Source: Lama guanicoe
Lineage: Eukaryota
Direction: 5' to 3'
Length of the DNA stretch: 64,000 nt
Assembly (NCBI GenBank): GCA_013239625.1
Contig: MU053758.1
Coordinates: 186,001 to 250,000 of the forward strand
Shown here: positions 49,791 to 62,710 of the stretch, in pieces
Position numbering within the stretch: position 1 is the first letter of the stretch
Layout of the letters: every line of letters starts with the position of its first letter
Position numbers and translations under genes: made by a program
The notes under the pieces: generated by a model
Databases searched by the model: none
What the model was told of the DNA's origin: nothing
The model's input: only the letters and a program-made list of their open reading frames with translations

Positions 49791-49923
49791 GCAGGGAGGG
49801 TATAGCTCAGTAGAAGAACACATGCTTAGCACACACAAGGTCCTGGGTTCAATCCCCAGTACCTCCATTTTAAAAATAATAAATTAACTAAAAATAAATA
49901 AGTGTAATTACCTCCCCCCACAC
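49791..49923 (+). mobile_element. tRNA-derived SINE
   Basis: Family consensus; TSD AAAAAATCAACCAGCACA. Confidence 0.88.
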
Positions 49924-50392
49924 AAAAAATCAACCAGCACAAATTCAAATTATTCCAGACATTCTGACCCAAAGTTAGAACTGATGGTGCTTGCTTTCAA
50001 GGGAAAAATGTGAAGGGAATCTAGTAATGACTGAGCCTATTCTGGTGAAATTTATGGGAATAAATGTCCAGAGGGGACCCAGATCCAAAACATTGATACT
50101 CCGTGGCAGGAATAGGAACCCAGAGCATAACTATACTAGCTGCAAAAAAGATGAGGGGTTGGTGTCTCCTCTGAGCTTATTACGAGTCAAGAGTGGGACC
50201 TGATGGGGTCTCCTCTCCTGCCTACGGCAAGTCTCGCCTGTTCCTTGGGTCCCTCCATGCCGCCTTCTCTGGGCTTTACTCTGTCAGTCACACCCTCTGT
50301 CTCCTATATCTCCAATGTCTCCCTCTTTACTGGACCCTTACACGCAATATTTAAACATGTTCATGCCTCTTTCTTTAAAAAAGCAAAACCCT

Positions 50393-50485
50393 GGGGTGAG
50401 GGTATAGCTCAGTGGTAGAGCACATACTTAGCATGCATGAGGTCCTGGGTTCAATTCCCAGTATCTCCATTAAGAAAAAAAAAAA
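50393..50485 (+). mobile_element. tRNA-derived SINE (short form)
   Basis: Family head followed directly by poly(A). Confidence 0.85.
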
Positions 50486-52130
50486 TCTCCTCAGTATTTT
50501 CTCCAGCTACTAGTCTTCCTCCCTTTACAGCCAGATTTCTCTGAAGAGTTGTCTGTCCGCATTGCCACCATCCCTCCACCAGACGCACTCCTCCATCTCC
50601 CCATTATGGGTTCCACTCCCGGTATCATAAAAATTGCTTTTGCCAAGATCACCAGTGACTTTCATGTTGCTAAGTCTACTATACACTTTTGAGCCTTCAT
50701 CTTTCTGTCTCTCAATAGTGTCCTCACAATCCCAAGTCTAGAGAATCGGGTTATATACACCTCCTTTTGTTCACATGGTGATGAACATACCATATAGTAG
50801 ATTGCTTTGTTGTACCCTTCCTTGTATCCATGCCTTTTGTGATGTGACTTTGCATTTCCTCTGTGTTGCTTCACTGCCATGGGGAAAAGCACCCTGGTTC
50901 CAGAAGAATGAGAAATACATGAGCAAAGCTGCTCCAGCTGACCCACTGACCTGTGAGCATGAGTGTGATGATTAATACATACTGTTGTGTGCCACTGAGT
51001 TTGGGGGCTGTTTGTTACACAGCATTGTTGTAGCAACAGCAGCCTGATAACACTGTGCCTTCCCCACAAGGCAGTCATGGGCCTCAAAATTGGTCAGTCT
51101 AAAAATTATAGCTGTACGGCACTGGCTATCTTGAGATTCTCCTCTTCCTCTATCTTAATAGTAGAAGAAAAATGGAAGTTTCTAGGGAGAAGAAATGTCA
51201 GCTTTTGGAATTTTGTGAGGATCTCACATTGCTACATCAGACTTGGGGATCTGGGATCTGTGGGTTTGGACTTCATAGGAGGTGTCTTCAAATATTATCA
51301 AAGTTTTTTGGTCCAGGAACCACCACCTAGAACTTAAAGCAACCAAATTTTGTTTCAGTTTTGTACCAGTGAGTATCTACTTTTTTTCTTGGTTGGTATT
51401 TATGATTGTAGATTTCAGATGTTCAGTATTTATGGCCATAAATATTAACGCTATTTCCTATACTTAAAACAGTAGGACTCTTATTATTCAATTCTGAAAC
51501 TTCTTCCAACAATTGCTACTATTTTCTGAGTTATGTTTCGCTCTGGCACTGGCCCCAAAGTTCCATCAGCAGCAGTGGTTTTAGCTGTATTTCATGGCTA
51601 AGTCATCGAAAAAAATTTGCTATCTAAATTATTCCATCTTCGTAATGCCAAGCTAGTGTAGTATCTTATGATCTTTCTCTAATCTGTGTGGCACATCTGT
51701 GAAAAAAAATATGAGGGAGAATTGAGCTGGCTCCATAAATAAGTACCCTTTCTATGTATGAACTTGAGTTGTCTGGCTATAAAGGGAAATGCCTCGGCTA
51801 GATGAGATTAAATATCACCCTGTGTCAGAGACCATGAGTGCTCATCAATGTCAGTGTTTTCCTCTTCTTCCTGACAGCTCAATAATATACCCCAGCCTCA
51901 GCTGTAGTAAGAAGCCACACAAATTTTATGATGGGGTTACCCTCATGCCCTCTTCCATTTGGGTATTCTCCTTCTAGAACAAATACCGAGAGCATGGCGC
52001 TAGGTGAGCCAGTCACAGTTACCCCCAAAGCTTCACAGGGGATTTCTGTCCATGCCTGGAATCATTCATCCATTTCCCAGTGTACTCCTACAGGCTCCCA
52101 ACTTCTCCAGAATGCTGTGCAGAGGAGCAG

Positions 52131-52468
52131 CATGACCTCCATGCCAAAGGACACCTGATGGCATTGTCCACCTGTAATCTGACTCTCCTGAGAATACTAT
52201 CTGGTTGTATCCGTCCTATAGTTAATTTGGAGCCTTCACTGAGCCCCAGGTAGCCAGGTGATGAGTGGGTAGAGCTTATTTGCAGTTTATTGTGAGCACT
52301 TCATAAAGGTGCTTCGTTCAACCAGATGGCACTGCGTAAGCCTCAGAGTTCCTGTAATATCACAGGGATAGGTTGGGTACCTGGTGGCAATTCTGTGAGG
52401 TCCCAAGTCTCTAGCAGCAGAAATATCAAACAGAGATAGTGAGCTGGAGTGGAGCTTTGCCATGGTCT
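52131..52468 (+). repeat. Diverged direct repeat, copy 2
   Basis: Aligns by eye with 48200-48530. Confidence 0.85.
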
Positions 52469-53519
52469 TCCGATTTCAGCATAGAGATCAAGGAGCTTCT
52501 GACTACCTTCCTTTGTCTGTAACATTACCAAATCAGGGTTCAGCTGTCCCACTATTCAGTGTTTTATATACCTTAGCTTAGCTTATACACATATCCTCAA
52601 GACCGTAAGCTCCTGGCATTCAGGCACTTATAAGAAAGCTGCTGGAGTCTAGCCAAGCTGTCCACATACCAAGCAGCAGGAAGGAGATATACTGAGTATC
52701 TGTTGGGAATTGATATCTTCTGCAAGAAACAGAGACTCCCGAAAGTGTGGCTTAAACAAATGAAAAGTTTTATTTATCTTGTATAACAAGAAGCCCAGAA
52801 AATAATTCAGAACTGAGACGGCAGCTTTACACCACCAGTGGCCCCAGTTCCTCCAGCATCCCACTCTGCTGTTTCTAGGGCGAGGCTTCATCCTCTTGCT
52901 CACACAATAGCTGCTAAGGTTGGAGCCATCAACTCCACATTCTTGGGATTTGGAGAGAAACGACAAGTACACAAAGCTGAGACTGCCCATTGTTTGCCCC
53001 TTCTTAATAAGCCAGTGAATTCCACTGACATCCCATTGACCAGAATTGTGCCACAGAATCACTCCTAGCTTTAAGATAGACAGTTCAGCTGAACTTATTA
53101 ACATCCTGAATAAAACTGAGATTCTGCTATGAAGAAAGGGTGAATGGATATTGGAAAGCACCCCGCAGTCCCTGTCACACTCAGAGAAGACTGCCACCCG
53201 GACTTGGATATGCACCCAACACCCAAGAAGAGGGACGTGCATTAATTCCCCTAATGGAAGATACCTACTTACAGCCCAAGGCAGGGCTTGAATTTGAACC
53301 CTTTAGTGAACCTCACTCTTTTTCTATGAAACCAATTATGTAAATTTTTTTGCTTAACAGCTGTCACAGACTGGGTTTGTACTGCCTACCTGTGGAAGCT
53401 CCCAGCTGACTAATGTAAAAAGTGACTCAGAACAGGTGGGTTGGGTGTGACTCCAAAAGAGGCAGCTGTAGAAAGGTAGCATAATATGACCTTTTCATAA
53501 CCCAGGATAGTAATGGGGC

Positions 53520-55950
53520 TCCTACAAGAAGGAATGCCCAAAGAGATACTCTCCCAAAGATAAACTTATCCATTGTAAAGTGTATAAAGAAACCCAACAC
53601 AATAAGAAATAGTTAGAAAATGCAGCAAATAGTGAACTAGAAATAATAAGATAATTTGGAATAGACTTTACAATGAGTGTGTCTGCATTTTTCAAAGAGA
53701 ATAAAGAAGAAATTGAATCCTTAAAACAAAGCCAAAATATTATGGGAAAAAACAACATGCAGATTTCAAAAAGATTCAAATAGAAAGTCTATAAATGGGA
53801 TAAAGCAGTAAAATGAAAATTAGTGGACAGTTTATAAACTATTTGGACTTAGGTGAAAAGAGATTCCATGAACTGAAAGACAGATCTTAAGAAATTCCCT
53901 AGAATGCTACAGAGAGAGTTAAAGAACTTGGAAAAAAAGAAAAAGAAAAAAGAAGAATAGATTAAGAAACATGAAGGTTAAATGAGAAAGTCCAGAAGAA
54001 ATCTAATGGGCTTTCTATTAGAAAAGAATGGCAATCATGGAGAGTTACAATATTCAAAGAGTTAATGGCTAAGAATTAAAGAAATGAGTAGGCATCCACA
54101 GTTTGAAAAGCACACACCAACTTCTGAGCAGGATAAATAAAAACAAATCAACAGATTGTGACAAAACTGCAGAAGAACAAGGATTAAAATGGAAAGCTTA
54201 AAGCTATCAGAAAAAAGAGGCAAATACTAATAGATTTCTAACAAGGAGAGGATACCCAAATTGGCAGCAGCCTGTTTATTAGCAACAATAGACATCAGAA
54301 GACATTACAATTATATCTTGGAGACCAAGTAGTGCTGTGGGAAAAAACTGTCAATTTAGACTCTTACAGCCAACTTCAAGGGTGAGGCAAAATAGACATT
54401 TTCAGACTTACAAAGTATAAATGGGGTTTTTCAACCCCTGGGTTCCCTCTAAAATATCTATTAAAGGATGTGCTTGAGTGAAGGAGATAACCCAGAAGAA
54501 AATTAGTGGGATGCAATGAGAAATAGTAAGATTAGAAATCAATAAAAACAAACTGTGTCTAAATAGTCATTGATTATAAATAATGACAATATGTATGTGC
54601 CTAAAAACTTAAACCTGAAATATGCAAATATTTGTAAATTTAAGTATTAGAAAACAAGAGCATAAAAAATGGAGAGGGAAAGCTTGGAATTTGGTTTAAA
54701 AATAAAGATGCTAAGATTCTTATCTTGCTCAGAAGGAGGAGAAATATTCTGATCAACATTAGATATTTATGAAAAAAATAAAGATAAGCACATATGTTAA
54801 GAAGGTAATAATTTAAAATACCCACAAAAAGCATATCTCCCAAACAAATAAAGAAGGCAGGAGAGGGAAAAGGAAAATTACTGACTCCAACAAAAGCAGG
54901 AAAGCAGAAGGAAGGAGGGGAGGTAAAAAGCATGAGCATCAGAAAATTCTAAATACGATGTTGGATATACACATCCAATCATATTAAAATCATGACAAAT
55001 ATGACTAAAGTCATGTATAAAAGACAGCCTATCAGTTTGGATTATTAAAATGAGCTGTATGATCCTTGTAAGGCACACCCAAAAACAAAACAAAAAGGAC
55101 ACAGGAAGTTTAAACATGAAAGGGTGGAAGAATGTTTACTAGGCAAATAGCTAACTGAAATACAGCTGGTAGAACAACACTAAAATCAGACAAAATAAAA
55201 TTTTAGACAACGAATATTAACAGGGATAAAGAGTAACATTTTGTAACAATAAAAGGAACACTCTTACAAGAATAGATAGCAATCAGGAATTCCTCCATCT
55301 CCTTATAATAGAAACTTAAAAAACGTGCGGGGAGGGTATAGCTTAAATGGTAGAGCACATTATTAGCATACACAAGGTCCTGGGTTCGATCCCCAGTACC
55401 TCCCTCCTCTAAATAATAATAAACCTAGTTACCTCCCTCTGCCAAAATAAAAAATAAATAATACAAAAATAGATAAAAATTACATATATAATTATAAGAA
55501 GAAATTAACAAGTGTCCAGTTATAATTGGAGATTTTAACATAAACAGCTCAAGTAGACAAAATTAAATTCTAGTGAGGATTTACTAGAGTTGAACAACCC
55601 AGTTCACAGCTTCAATCAAATGTGTGTGTGTGTGTACATACACGGACATATATACACACACAGACATATATGTACCCCAAAGGTAGAGAATATGCATTCT
55701 TCTTAAGCACACATACATTTACAAAATGGACCATTTACTATGCCCCCCTAAAATCTCTAGAAAATCAGTGTCTTAAGACCACATTCTTTAACCTCAGTGC
55801 AGAATTACACACACCCCCACACCCACAACAGAAGTGCTTATTGATTTGAAAACTGAGACAGATACTTCTAAATAACACATGACTTAGAGAGGAAATCTCA
55901 ATGAAAATTGCTAAATATTTAGAAATGAACCATGACGTGGTTCTGGTTTT
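53520..55950 (+). mobile_element. Ancient L1 ORF1/endonuclease remnant
   Basis: A-rich degenerate ORF1 and endonuclease-like sequence with many stops. Confidence 0.6.
55329..55480 (+). mobile_element. tRNA-derived SINE
   Basis: Family consensus with an A-rich tail. Confidence 0.85.
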
Positions 55951-56148
55951 TACCAATACGCTGAGCAAGCACTAGAGGGAAAACACCATGAAATGAAAAG
56001 ATTGTGAAGAAAACCAGGGGTGAAGAGGTGGGTAGAGGGAATAGGCTAGTAGCTTTGGCTCGAGGCCAGCTGACTGTGGATCTATAAACTCAAGGAGGAA
56101 CTATTGGAGTTAAGCCATGACTGCATTTCAATGAGAACATTTTCCTTG

Positions 56149-56661
56149 TGATACCAAGTCCAAACTCGTTCTGCTCATTGCACAACAGGCCAGTAAATTG
56201 AGAGAGGAAGTGTTGGGGCAAGGAATAACGACTTTATTCGGAAAGTCAGCAGACTGAGAAGATGAGGGACTAATGTCCTAGAGAACCGTCTTCTCCAAGT
56301 CAGAATTTAGGCTCCTTTAATACTAAAAAGGGGAGGCGTGTGGTTGCCAATCTCTTGGTGTTGGAATCCTTTGTCCTTGCAGCTGTCCACGTGGGTCAGG
56401 TCATGTTGTCCCTGTCAACCTCCAACAAGACAAATGGTATCTTCTATTTTGCAACTTTTAATATTTATATGAATGGGAAAGTGTTAATACCCTTAAAGGT
56501 CAGAGCCCTGAGAATGGGCTCTCCTGTACATCTCAGGCTACAGGCAACATTCCTTTACAAACGGTGCGGAACCAGCACGACTCAGCACAGGCAACAGAAC
56601 ACAGGGTTAGAGCCAAAGGAACAGGCCTCATATGTAGTCAGGTTTGTTCTTCCTAGCTACA
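56149..56661 (-). mobile_element. Solo LTR, ERV1-like
   Basis: TG...CA termini, a 4-bp TSD CTTG (56145-56148, 56662-56665), and TTTATT (minus-strand poly(A) signal) at ~56233. Confidence 0.7.
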
Positions 56662-57259
56662 CTTGTGCACTAGGACACCCACATCCACAAACCCAAGGTC
56701 ATGGGAGATGGGAAGCAAAAATTATTCAAGCAAATTATTACATATAATAGTAAGGGGGCTGCTTCATCTTTCACTCCATGGTTCCCTGATCCACACTTCC
56801 AGGCTAAGGGGAGAAAGATGGCATGTACTGGCCACACGTTTAAGGTGTTATGCCCTTTAGACCCAGGTGAAAAAGGCCCCTGACTTGCACCCTCCCCTGC
56901 ACTTCAGAGATCCTGCTCTGTTTCTCCTATGGGGGCCTCCAAATGGGATGAGGAGTCTGGGCCAAAGGGATGTACCAGCCTGGAGCCCACACACACCCAG
57001 GCCACCCTCTGGGTGCCCAGGACCCTGCAATTCCCTACCCTTTTCCCTAGACCTGTGCCACTGCCAGCAGCATACGCATTGTTTGCTCTTTGCAGGGCAT
57101 GTGGGCGGAGCTTGAGCTGCGAAGGTTTGGGTGTTCATACAAATTTATGGAAGGACAAAGACAATGGTTGGACAGAGAAGGGGCTAGACTGGGGCTGCTG
57201 CAGGGGGCTGGCTTGCCTTGTACACCAGAGATCCGAATAAATTCAAATTTGAGTTTCCA

Positions 57260-57961
57260 CTGTTAATTTGTACCTCTTAATCCCCTTCACCAATTTTGTA
57301 CCCTCCCCATCCCTCTACTCTGTGGTAAGCACTAGTTTGTTTTCTGTATGTGAGTCTGTTTCTGTTATATTTGTTTGTTTTGTTTTCTAGATTCCACATA
57401 TAAGTGAAAACATACAGTATTTGTCTTTTCCTGTCTGACTTATTTCACTTAGCATAATACTCTCAAGGTCCATCCATATTGTTGCAAATGGCAAGATTTC
57501 ATTCTTTTGATGGCTGAGTAGTATTCCATTGTGTACATACACCATATCTTCTTTATCCATTCATCTGTTGATGGGAACTTAGGTTACTTCCATACCTTGG
57601 CTCTTATAAATAATGCTGCAGTTAACACAGAGATGACTATATCTTTTCAAATTAATGTTTTCATCTCTTTGGGTAAATACTCAGGAGTGGCACTGCTGAA
57701 TCCTATGAGTCTTATCTTTAATTTTTTGAAGAATCTCCATACTGTTTTCCACAGTGGCCGTACCAATCTACATTCGTACTAGGGTTGTAATGTACAGCTC
57801 AGGGAATATAGTCAGTTTTTTATAATAACTTTGTATGGTCTATAATCTACAAAAATACTGAATCACTATGTTGTACACCTGAAACTAATGTAATATTGTA
57901 AGTCAACCATACTTCAGTAAAAACGGTAATAATAAGTGCTGAATTGATACACCAAAAACAA
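57260..57961 (+). mobile_element. LINE-1 3' fragment with a 5' inversion
   Basis: A minus-strand segment (57260-57780) joins a plus-strand terminal segment (57781-~57923). TTGAGTTTCCA is repeated at 57249-57259 and 57962-57972. Confidence 0.7.
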
Positions 57962-58159
57962 TTGAGTTTCCAATTCAATATGAAGGTGTATTTGCTAAGG
58001 CAAGATGGCAGAACATATATTTGACTGTTAGCCTCATTTATAACTAAAAATATTTAGACATATGCTGTGTCTGCCTCTACTTGTATTCTTGCCTTAGCCT
58101 CACCAATGTTAGGGATGGGCCCATGTACTGTACACTATAGCACGGAACCCCAAAGGCAC

Positions 58160-59250
58160 TGGAGTTGTCTCCCAGCCAGTGTGTAACTCAATCTACAGTA
58201 GACCTTTCTGCTATCAAGCCACTGCCTCTGTGATAGGGCCACTTGTTCAGACCAGGAATTCTGTGAGCATCAGCCCATTATCATACTTGCTTTGCCATAA
58301 AATGTGTCTCCTGGTTGGCATTCTGCATTTTGTGGGGGACATCACAGTGATGGATGAAGCTTTCTGCACAGGGGCTGCTGGCAGAAGCACTGATGGTAGG
58401 GCAGGCAGCTCTGTACCCAGATGTGTCTTATCCCCGTGTGGACAAAGCACTGCCCTTCCATGATGGGGAAGGGCCCAATGAAGTCCCCTTGCCTCCAGGC
58501 AGCCAGCTGGTTCCTAGGAGATTTGGGGAACTCAGTATTAGTCTCTGCTGTCGGCAGGTTGGGCACTCAGCTGTGGAAGGAGCCAAATCAACCTTGGGAA
58601 GGGAAAGACTTATCTCCATTGCAGCCTCTTTGGACCTGGGCCCACTGAGCAAGCAGTAGTGTGGCCGGGAAGGGCCCATGCCTGATATAAACACTGACCC
58701 CAGTTAGGACGAATCATAACCCCCGGCAGAGCAGAAAGGGTCTGATGTAATCAACCTTCCTCTGAGTGGCACATTGGTCTCCTCAAGAGATGGTAGCATT
58801 TTGACGGCTTAGCCACTGTTTCCCCTGCTGACAGGTCAGACACTCAGGGGTCGCAGCAGAAGGTAGATCAGCTTTGGTGACAGAACCCATGCACAGGCCC
58901 ATGCCCAGCTGCCACTGTGGCTACTCTGCTGATGTGGGCCCACTGGCAAGCACGGGGGTGGGAAGAGGGGGGAAGGACAGAGGCCGGCTGACATCTACTG
59001 AGTGAATTAGTGTACACACCTGGTTGATGAATGCCTCTGAGGTGGATACCCTCTCATGGTTATTGATGGAGAACATAAGTACACGCACACTGATGCCCAC
59101 TGCCATAGGTCCATCCACACACAACTTCTCTAGACTTTCTGTAGTCTTTCAATCTTGCTCCTCCCAGGCCCCAGACCATCCAGCCAAGCTAGTCTTTATT
59201 ATCCAGAAGTTCATATATATCTTGACCTCTGACTACTTTCCCATCCATAC
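58160..59250 (-). mobile_element. Degenerate ERVL/MaLR internal (pol-like) fragment
   Basis: Resembles ancient ERVL internal sequence by recall; no intact ORF. Confidence 0.45.
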
Positions 59251-59959
59251 TATTGATACCGTCATTAAGATACAGGCTGTATCAAGTAGCTTTCTTTACA
59301 TGACAAACTACTCCAAAACTGAATGGCTTAAAATGATAAGCATTCATTATTTCCCATGAATCTCTAGATTGACTGGGCAGCTCCTCTGGTCTGGACTGGC
59401 TCAGCTGGAGCTGGGGCTGAATGATCTAACACAGCCTCAATGCATGTCTGACAGTTGGCAGGCTGAGTGGTCTAAGGAAACCTCAGAGCTGGAACTGCTG
59501 ATCTCTGCTCCACCTGGCCTCTGAGTTTCCAGCAGGCTTCTTCACATGAGGCAGAAGGGTTCCTGTGTTCAGCAAGAGGGAAAATCCTGCTCAAGTCTCT
59601 GCTTTCATCACTTTTGTTAATGTACCGTGGCACAGAGCAAGCCACCTGGCCCAACCCAGATTAAAAAGGTGAAAAACAGAATCTCTTGATGGACGGATTG
59701 ACAGTCACAGTGAAAGAGGTATACATACAGCTAGTGGAGGAATTTGTGGCCATTATTGCAATCTACATGGATTTAGGACAAAGAAAAAATCAAAGGTTTG
59801 GTAATCACACCCTTTGAAAAAAAATCTCTGGAAGGATTAAGGCAGGGCTTATAAATTCATTCAACTAGACAGAAGTGTCCTTAGAATGATTAACTGTGTA
59901 AATCCACAGATATGCCTGTTCTTAAATATCTGGTATTAAGTCTAGACAGAAAAGCATAA

Positions 59960-60750
59960 AAGAATTGTAAGCATGTAATAACCGAAAACTTCCGCAACTT
60001 GAGAAACGAAACAGTCACCCAAGTCCAGGAAGTGTAGAGTTCCACACAGAATCAACCCAAAGAGGAACACACCAAGGCACATAGTCATCAAATTGACAAA
60101 AATTAAGGATAAGGAGAAAATACTAAAATAGCAACAGAAAAGCAACAAATAACACAAGGGAACTCCCATAAGGTTATCAGCTGATTTTTCAGCAGAAACT
60201 CTACAGGCCAGAAGGGAGTGGCACGATATATTTAAAATGATGAAAGGGAAAAACTTATAACCAAGAATACTCTATCCAGCAAGGCTCTCATTCAGACTTG
60301 ATGGAGAAATCAAAAGCTTCATAGACAAACAAAAGCTAAAAGACAAACATTCAACCCCACCAAACCAGCTTTACAACAAATGTTAAAGGAACTTCTCTAG
60401 TCATCAAACCATAAGAAGGGAGAACAAAAAGAAGAAAGAGAAAAAAAAAGACCTACAAAAGACTGCTCTGGCAATTCGGGGTCTTTTGTGGTTCCATATC
60501 AATTTTAGAATTGTTTGTCTAGTTCTGTGAAAAGAGTCGTGAGTATTTTGACAGGGGTTGCACTGGATCCGTAGATTGCCTTGGGTAATATGGCCATTTT
60601 GATAATGTTGATTTTTCCAATCCAAGAGCACAAGACATCTTTCCATTTCTTTGTATCATCTTCAATTTCCTCCATCAATGTTTTATAGTTTTCAGAGTAT
60701 AGGTAACCTTCTTGGTATTTCTTGGTATTTTGTTGTTTTTGATGCAGTGG
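59960..60750. mobile_element. L1 ORF1 fragment (+) joined to L1 ORF2 fragment (-)
   Basis: 59960-60460 reads as the ORF1 C-terminal part (...INPKRNTPRHIVIKL...). 60463-60750 on the minus strand reads as ORF2 ([16 protein letters not shown]). Confidence 0.75.
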
Positions 60751-60974
60751 AAATGTCTATGCCAGTTATAAAATTCTGGTTTTTGAAGTGAAAAAAAAAG
60801 TGAATGAAGAGCCACAAAAAAAAAATTGTGAGCATGGCTTTTGGGCCATGAAGTTGTCTGAAATCAAATATATAGGAAATACTCACTTTAAACAGTTTTG
60901 CTGGCAAATTACTCCCAACTTGGACTGAAAGAGAAAGGAGATGCAAAAGGACTTTGATGTCCCCAACTTTCTAC

Positions 60975-61449
60975 TGTGAAAGGAAAATCACAATGGAGTC
61001 TGTATTTCTAAGAGAACTCTCTAAAATGGAGCCAGGAGGCCACTAAGAAAGTGTGACTTAGGCACATTTCAGCCTGCATGGAATCTGCCCTTTGACATGA
61101 TGAAGTCGTGAAGAACATCTGTCAGAAACTCAGGATACTATCGGATCCTTATCCTGAAATAACTTATGATAATCCATCTACTTATCAGATGCCTACCCTA
61201 AAACAACCTGTGATTCCTCAAGGACAAATATTTTTCGATTTGCGTCAGTCACTCAATCGTAGTTCTCACCAGGCAACTTTTAACAACCTAGTGGTTTTTG
61301 TCTTCAAAAACTCTCTCTTCCTTGGAACACTCTCTCTTCCTTGGAACACTTTCGGGGTTACCTGAATCTGTATCTCCCAAACTGCAATTCTTAGGACCCC
61401 AAATAAACTCTTTTCTTATTTGCAGCTTCCTGCAATTTTTTAGTTGACA
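60975..61449 (+). mobile_element. Solo LTR, ERV1-like
   Basis: Starts TGTGAAAGGAAAAT and ends GTTGACA, with AATAAA at ~61402. The TSD is not clean. Confidence 0.55.
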
Positions 61450-62351
61450 CTGAAGATAGGAAAAAAGATACAAAAAACTTCTTTGCTGACACAAAAGGCA
61501 TATTTTCAATGGTTTCTTCCAAAGTGACCAAAAAGGAGGATGAGAAAGGAAGGACCTTGTGAATATTGAGGTAGATCTAACAAGAAGGATGCCCAGGTGG
61601 TAAACACTCCACTGAGAATGTCCTGGTGCCAAAGGCAACGGTCCCTTCTCTACACTCATGCTATTTGTCTTCTTAGAAGGTTTTAACACAGTTGACTGCA
61701 CTCTCTTTCTAGGAATCCATTCTTCTTTTGGCTTCTACCCCACCAATCCTTCAGGTTTTCCTCCTACATCCTGGCAGCTACTTTCCAGTCTCCTTTACTG
61801 GCTCTTCTATCTGCTCAAACTCAAAATGTCAAAGTGCCCTGGAGTCATTCCTGAGACTCCTTTCTCTGTACAGTAGGAAATTTCATCCATACCATAGCAT
61901 TAAATACCATCTCCATGCCAATGACTGTCAAATCTGCATCTTCACCATTTCTCTAACTCCAGACTTGCTACAATACTGCAATCCAGTTCTGACACTAACC
62001 ACCCAGAGTTAGCATGGATGCCACAGGTTTAAGGACACAACCCTCTAAACTACTCTCACTTCACACACCAAGTTCAGGAATGTTCAGACCGCCCACATAT
62101 CTGACCAACTGGCTACAAATTTAGGGGTCACCACGCTGCCTCAAATTCAATAATTTGCTGGAATGACTCACAGAGCTCAGGAAACTCTATACTTATTATT
62201 ACAGTTTTATTATAAAGGATATAAATCAGGATCATCCAAATGAAGAGACACATAGGGGAAGATATGGGAATGAAATAGGGTGAACTATTCTCACTCAGAG
62301 GCTGAGCTAGCTTGCCCTGCATTCCCCTGCTTCTGGAACACTGTGGTTGCA

Positions 62352-62710
62352 TGTATTAGTCAGCTGGTGCCACCATAACAAAATTCCACAAACTGGGTGG
62401 CTTAACCAAAAGAAAATTCTTTTCTCATTGTTCTGGAGGCTGGAAGCCTGAGATCAGCATGGTCAGGTTCTGGTGAGAGCTCTCTTCCTGCCCTGACAAC
62501 AGCCACCTTCTCACTGTGTACTCACATGGTGAAAAGAGTGCAGAAATTCCCTGGTGTATCATCTTATAAGGGCACTAATTCATTCTTCAGCGCCTCATCC
62601 TCATGAATTCATCTAAACCTAATTACCTCCCAAAGGTCCCATCTCCTAGTACCATTACACTGGGGGTTAGGGCTTCGGCATATGAATTTGGGGAGGATAC
62701 AATGTGTCAA
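62352..62710. mobile_element. MLT1/MST-like MaLR LTR
   Basis: Starts TGTATTAGTC and contains gttctggaggctggaag and aattacctcccaaagg motifs. Confidence 0.65.

Noticed and set aside
52649..53242. 197-aa minus-strand ORF
   Set aside because: It overlaps MLT1-like LTR sequence and has no recognisable domain.
16535..55480. tRNA genes suggested by A/B boxes
   Set aside because: All are SINE heads with A-rich tails, several with clear TSDs, and none has a complete acceptor stem.
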